Of a stretch of 64,000 nt of DNA, positions 60,691-64,000 are shown piece by piece; the first letter of the stretch is position 1; each line of letters starts with the position of its first letter. The translations under genes were made by a program, and so were the position numbers. The notes beneath the pieces are model-generated. The model was not told the DNA's origin, searched no databases, and saw only the letters and a list, made by a program, of their open reading frames with translations. Source of the stretch: Mytilus californianus (taxonomy: Eukaryota); contig NW_026262581.1 in assembly GCF_021869535.1 (NCBI RefSeq), positions 135,842,001 through 135,906,000 on the forward strand. Reading direction: 5' to 3'.

Positions 60691-62541
60691 TATAAATGAG
60701 ACGATAAAGCGATGTTAATTGGTTGTTTTTATTATATTTTCCATGCGTTCCAATCTTTTATCAAACTTGCCATAACTGCCATTATTTGATTTATTGTCTT
60801 ACAATTTTCTTTCAGAATTGGTTTATACTATTTTCCTTCAACTAGATATAGGAAGATGTGGTATGAGTGCCAATGAGACCACTCTCCATCCAAGTTACAA
60901 TTTATAAAAGTAAACCATTATAGGTCAAGGTACGGCCTTCAACACGGAGCATTGGCTCACACCGAACAGCAAGTTATAAAGGGACCCCAAAAATTACTAG
61001 TGTAAAACCATTCAAACGGAAAAACCAACGGTCTAATCTATATAAAAACGAGAAACGAGAAACACGTATGAACTACATAAACAGATGACAACGTTTGTTT
61101 ACTTTTTTCTTCCATCATGGTTTTTCCCTTCGCACTTACGCTGTGCGGTTGCCGAATTTATAAAAGGGGTGTTATGGTTAAGGTCACTGCATACGGCAAA
61201 GCTATCGGCGAATTAAAGAGTATTGAAAGACAATAATTCAATAGAAGTACATTTCTGAAGATTTGGATAAATTACATGTAAAGGATTTTCTTTTAAAAGA
61301 AAGTCAATGTACACGTGTTTTATAGTAAATCCTACAATGTAGCCATTTAAGTATATATAAAACATATTTATCTTTTGGCTAAATTTGATGTATCATATGA
61401 CTTTTCAGTAATTGTTTTATTACTCTGTTATTTGCTTGCACAAGCGTTCACATACAGTCACAAATTGTTGGCACAATCTTATCTAAAAGGGAACAGTCTT
61501 TTAAGATCTTGAATCCTAAATGTCACACCAGTTTGCGGGCTTGAAGTTGGTCAACTTTTGAATCATTGATTTCCCACTTTGTTAAATTTTCGACAGAAAA
61601 ACAAAATCGTCTGGCTTTTGTTTTTTCTTTCAATTTGTTTTATGGTACCAAGAATATCATCGAGACTGAAGATAAGAGCTCTTTTGGATGACTGTTTATC
61701 AGATTTTGATCGGTCATTGTTAAAATTGGTCATTTGTTATTTCGAGGTCTTCGTTTACAATAGGATACGCCGTTTTGTACTCTTTGTATAGACCGTGATT
61801 TCAAAATCAGCACATATAACACATTTTAGAATAAAATAAATTGGGTTTCAGTAAAATATTTATGTCAACCAACATGTCTTGAAATAAGTGTAGCTATTTT
61901 AAACAGTAGAAACATTAGTTTTTCCTCAGGATTCCGGTTATAAAACATCATATCTTTTCCGATGTCTGTCATAGCTGACGCATGCCCAATGAGAATTGAG
62001 GACTTACCATAGTCCAGACTTATTGCTGCGATCAAGCAAGCAAATGTAGTTAGTAGAGCTTGCACATTTCATATAAGAGATTATAAGAAAGTGTTTTTGA
62101 TAAAGGGACACTTACAATCATCTAAATAACGTTAACAGAAATTTGAAAAAAAATTATCGTAAAATCATTCGATTCCTTCTTTTTCATTTCTACGACGAAA
62201 ATTAAGAAGGCGAGACAAAGTGAACCTGCAGTCCGCCGTCTTGGGCGCCGGTTTCGCCAATATTTTGGTCCAGTTTGTCGTTAAGCTCATTTAGACATCA
62301 ATATTAAACTTTGTCAAACCTTAATGAAATTTTACGTGCAGGCAAACATGCACCCCAATAAAACTGGACACAAACTTAGGCTCTCCATAAGGATAACCTA
62401 TTTCTGCACCACTCTGCGTACGGTAAAAGTACGATAGTAAGAAACGAGGTAAAAACAAAGACGGCTTCATACAGAGAGCTATTGCAAGCAGAGATAACTA
62501 CATGCATACCCAATTCACGGTGTGGATTTATCAGATAACAT

Positions 62542-62835
62542 CAGGCATGGGGTAATGCTAATTTGTAATTGTAATGCCCTGTAATGCTTTACATTTCCCC
62601 AAGTAATGCAAGTAATGTGTAATGCTTAAATTTTGGTATGAAATGTTATATATATGTTTATTTTGATAATAGAATTTATAAAATGTGATGTGCAATATAA
62701 TGTATTGGTAAAGTAATTGTAATGTAATGCATTATTGTCCAAAATACATGTAATTGTAATTGTAATATAATGCTGGTTTTGTCCAAATAATTGTAATGTA
62801 ATGCATTACATTGCAATGTGATTTGCCCATGCCTG
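62542..62835. mobile_element. hAT-like MITE with internal (GTAAT)n repeats
   Basis: TIR CAGGCATGGG / CCCATGCCTG; 8-bp flanks GATAACAT / GATGACAC (6/8, a decayed target-site duplication). Confidence 0.75.
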
Positions 62836-63129
62836 GATGACACTACGTATACTAAAACTCCCAGATAAAAATAGACGTACTAATTCAATTCATTCATGGA
62901 CCTGAGATCATGTGCCAATGTTTAATTGTGCATCATACCTTTACAGTATATGGTCTAGATAGACAAAGAGAAAGGTTGCGCACACGTTAAACTAGTTAAA
63001 GCCACCAAATGGTGTGTCTGTACCAAGCCAGTCTATCTAGACCATGTGCTGTTCGGGTGTAATACCACCAAACCGTAGTAAGTCACATCAGGATTCAATT
63101 AAATTTTAAATAAAATACTAGTATTATCC

Positions 63130-63725
63130 ATACAAATATGTACCCTATTGCCTTCTATGTCCTTTGAACTCTCTCAATCAGCAACGCCTTTTTCTTACCC
63201 AAGATCACTTATTCCAGCAGCACCTGTATATGGAGTATACATTTCCCAGATGTTACGATATTCCATAGCTTGCATTTCCTATCATGATTTCCTTGACAGA
63301 GGAATTTTGCTTACAAGGAAGCTATTGAACAAGAGTCCTAAGTGTTAAGTTGAAATCATCCCTTCGTAAATCTTACGGACGCCATCACGAGTTGGTTGAC
63401 AGTTATGGAATATCTGTTTCACTGATGACGACGGATATGTTACAATTGTTGTCCTCTTTTCCTCGAATGTGACTTACCTATTTAGAATTATCATCGGGTT
63501 TGTCCTAACATGAGCCACGCGACGTTTGCCACATGTGGAGCAGGATCTGCTTACCCGTCCGGAGCACCTGAGATTTTAGTCGGGGTTCGTGTTGCTCAGT
63601 TTTTAGTTTTCATTGTTGTGTTTTGTGTACAGTTGTTTGTCTTTTCGTTGTTTTTCGTTTTTTGCCATAGCATTGTCAGTTTGTTTTCGACTGAGTTTGA
63701 ATATCGCTTTGGTATCTTTCGCCTC
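63130..63725 (+). mobile_element. Penelope-like retroelement RT C-terminal fragment plus 3' region
   Basis: IPAAPVYGVYISQMLRYSIACISYHDFLDRGILLTRKLLN resembles the RT thumb region of Penelope-like elements (from recall); stops and frameshifts follow. Confidence 0.6.
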
Positions 63726-64000
63726 TCTTTTATAACTGCCTTAAGCTGTGGATCTAAATGAATGTCCCAGCCTTTGTTTCAGCTATGAACAACAAATTTT
63801 TGCTAGTTTGGCCTAGTAAATCATGGACTGCGTTTTGGCAGAGTTATCAATACTTAGTGTAGAAAATTCATGCAATCATTTTCATTATTCATTTATGACA
63901 ATTAAAGTTCTGAATACATATATTTGATAACAAAATAAATTAATGGTTAAAGATATATGTATCTACATACACAGTGTTTTTCTTTATTTAAAACTGAATA

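Noticed and set aside
61865-62065. Signal-peptide-like ORF (VQALLTTFACLIAAISLDY)
   Set aside because: Starts at GTG with an in-frame TGA two codons upstream and no ATG or acceptor in that frame. Only the donor at about 62007 is suggestive.
63510-63761. 83-aa hydrophobic ORF
   Set aside because: T-rich 3' region of the Penelope-like fragment; not an independent gene.

Overview
AT-rich, intron-containing animal genomic DNA. By inference it is a bivalve, probably Mytilus-like, judging from the repeat landscape and the B-box/beta-propeller gene type. No rRNA, tRNA gene or CRISPR array was found. Five protein-coding genes can be assembled by hand. Two are a head-to-head pair of single-coding-exon TRIM-like genes (two B-box zinc fingers plus an NHL-type propeller, no RING or coiled coil) at 2759-4012 (-) and 7117-8370 (+). 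Three are spliced NADAR (YbiA-like, NAD/ADP-ribose N-glycosidase family) paralogues. NADAR-1 is on the minus strand (19333-18988, 18557-18406, 13856-13632; 240 aa). NADAR-2 is on the minus strand (37636-36967, 35421-35267, 33169-32957; 345 aa). NADAR-3 is on the plus strand (46018-47568, 49191-49342, 52078-52293). All three share intron positions and phases but carry very different disordered N-terminal extensions. The rest is dense with non-autonomous mobile DNA: Helentron/DINE-like elements with internal satellites, PIF-, hAT- and Kolobok-like MITEs, SINE, LINE and Penelope-like fragments. There are five minisatellite arrays, and the origin of four can be traced in the window. Two of them appear to have grown out of the same exon-2 splice donor in NADAR-1 and NADAR-2. 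A minimal hammerhead ribozyme core lies in sense orientation in a NADAR-1 intron. There is one assembly gap (22877-23011). All analysis was done by eye; no database searches were run.
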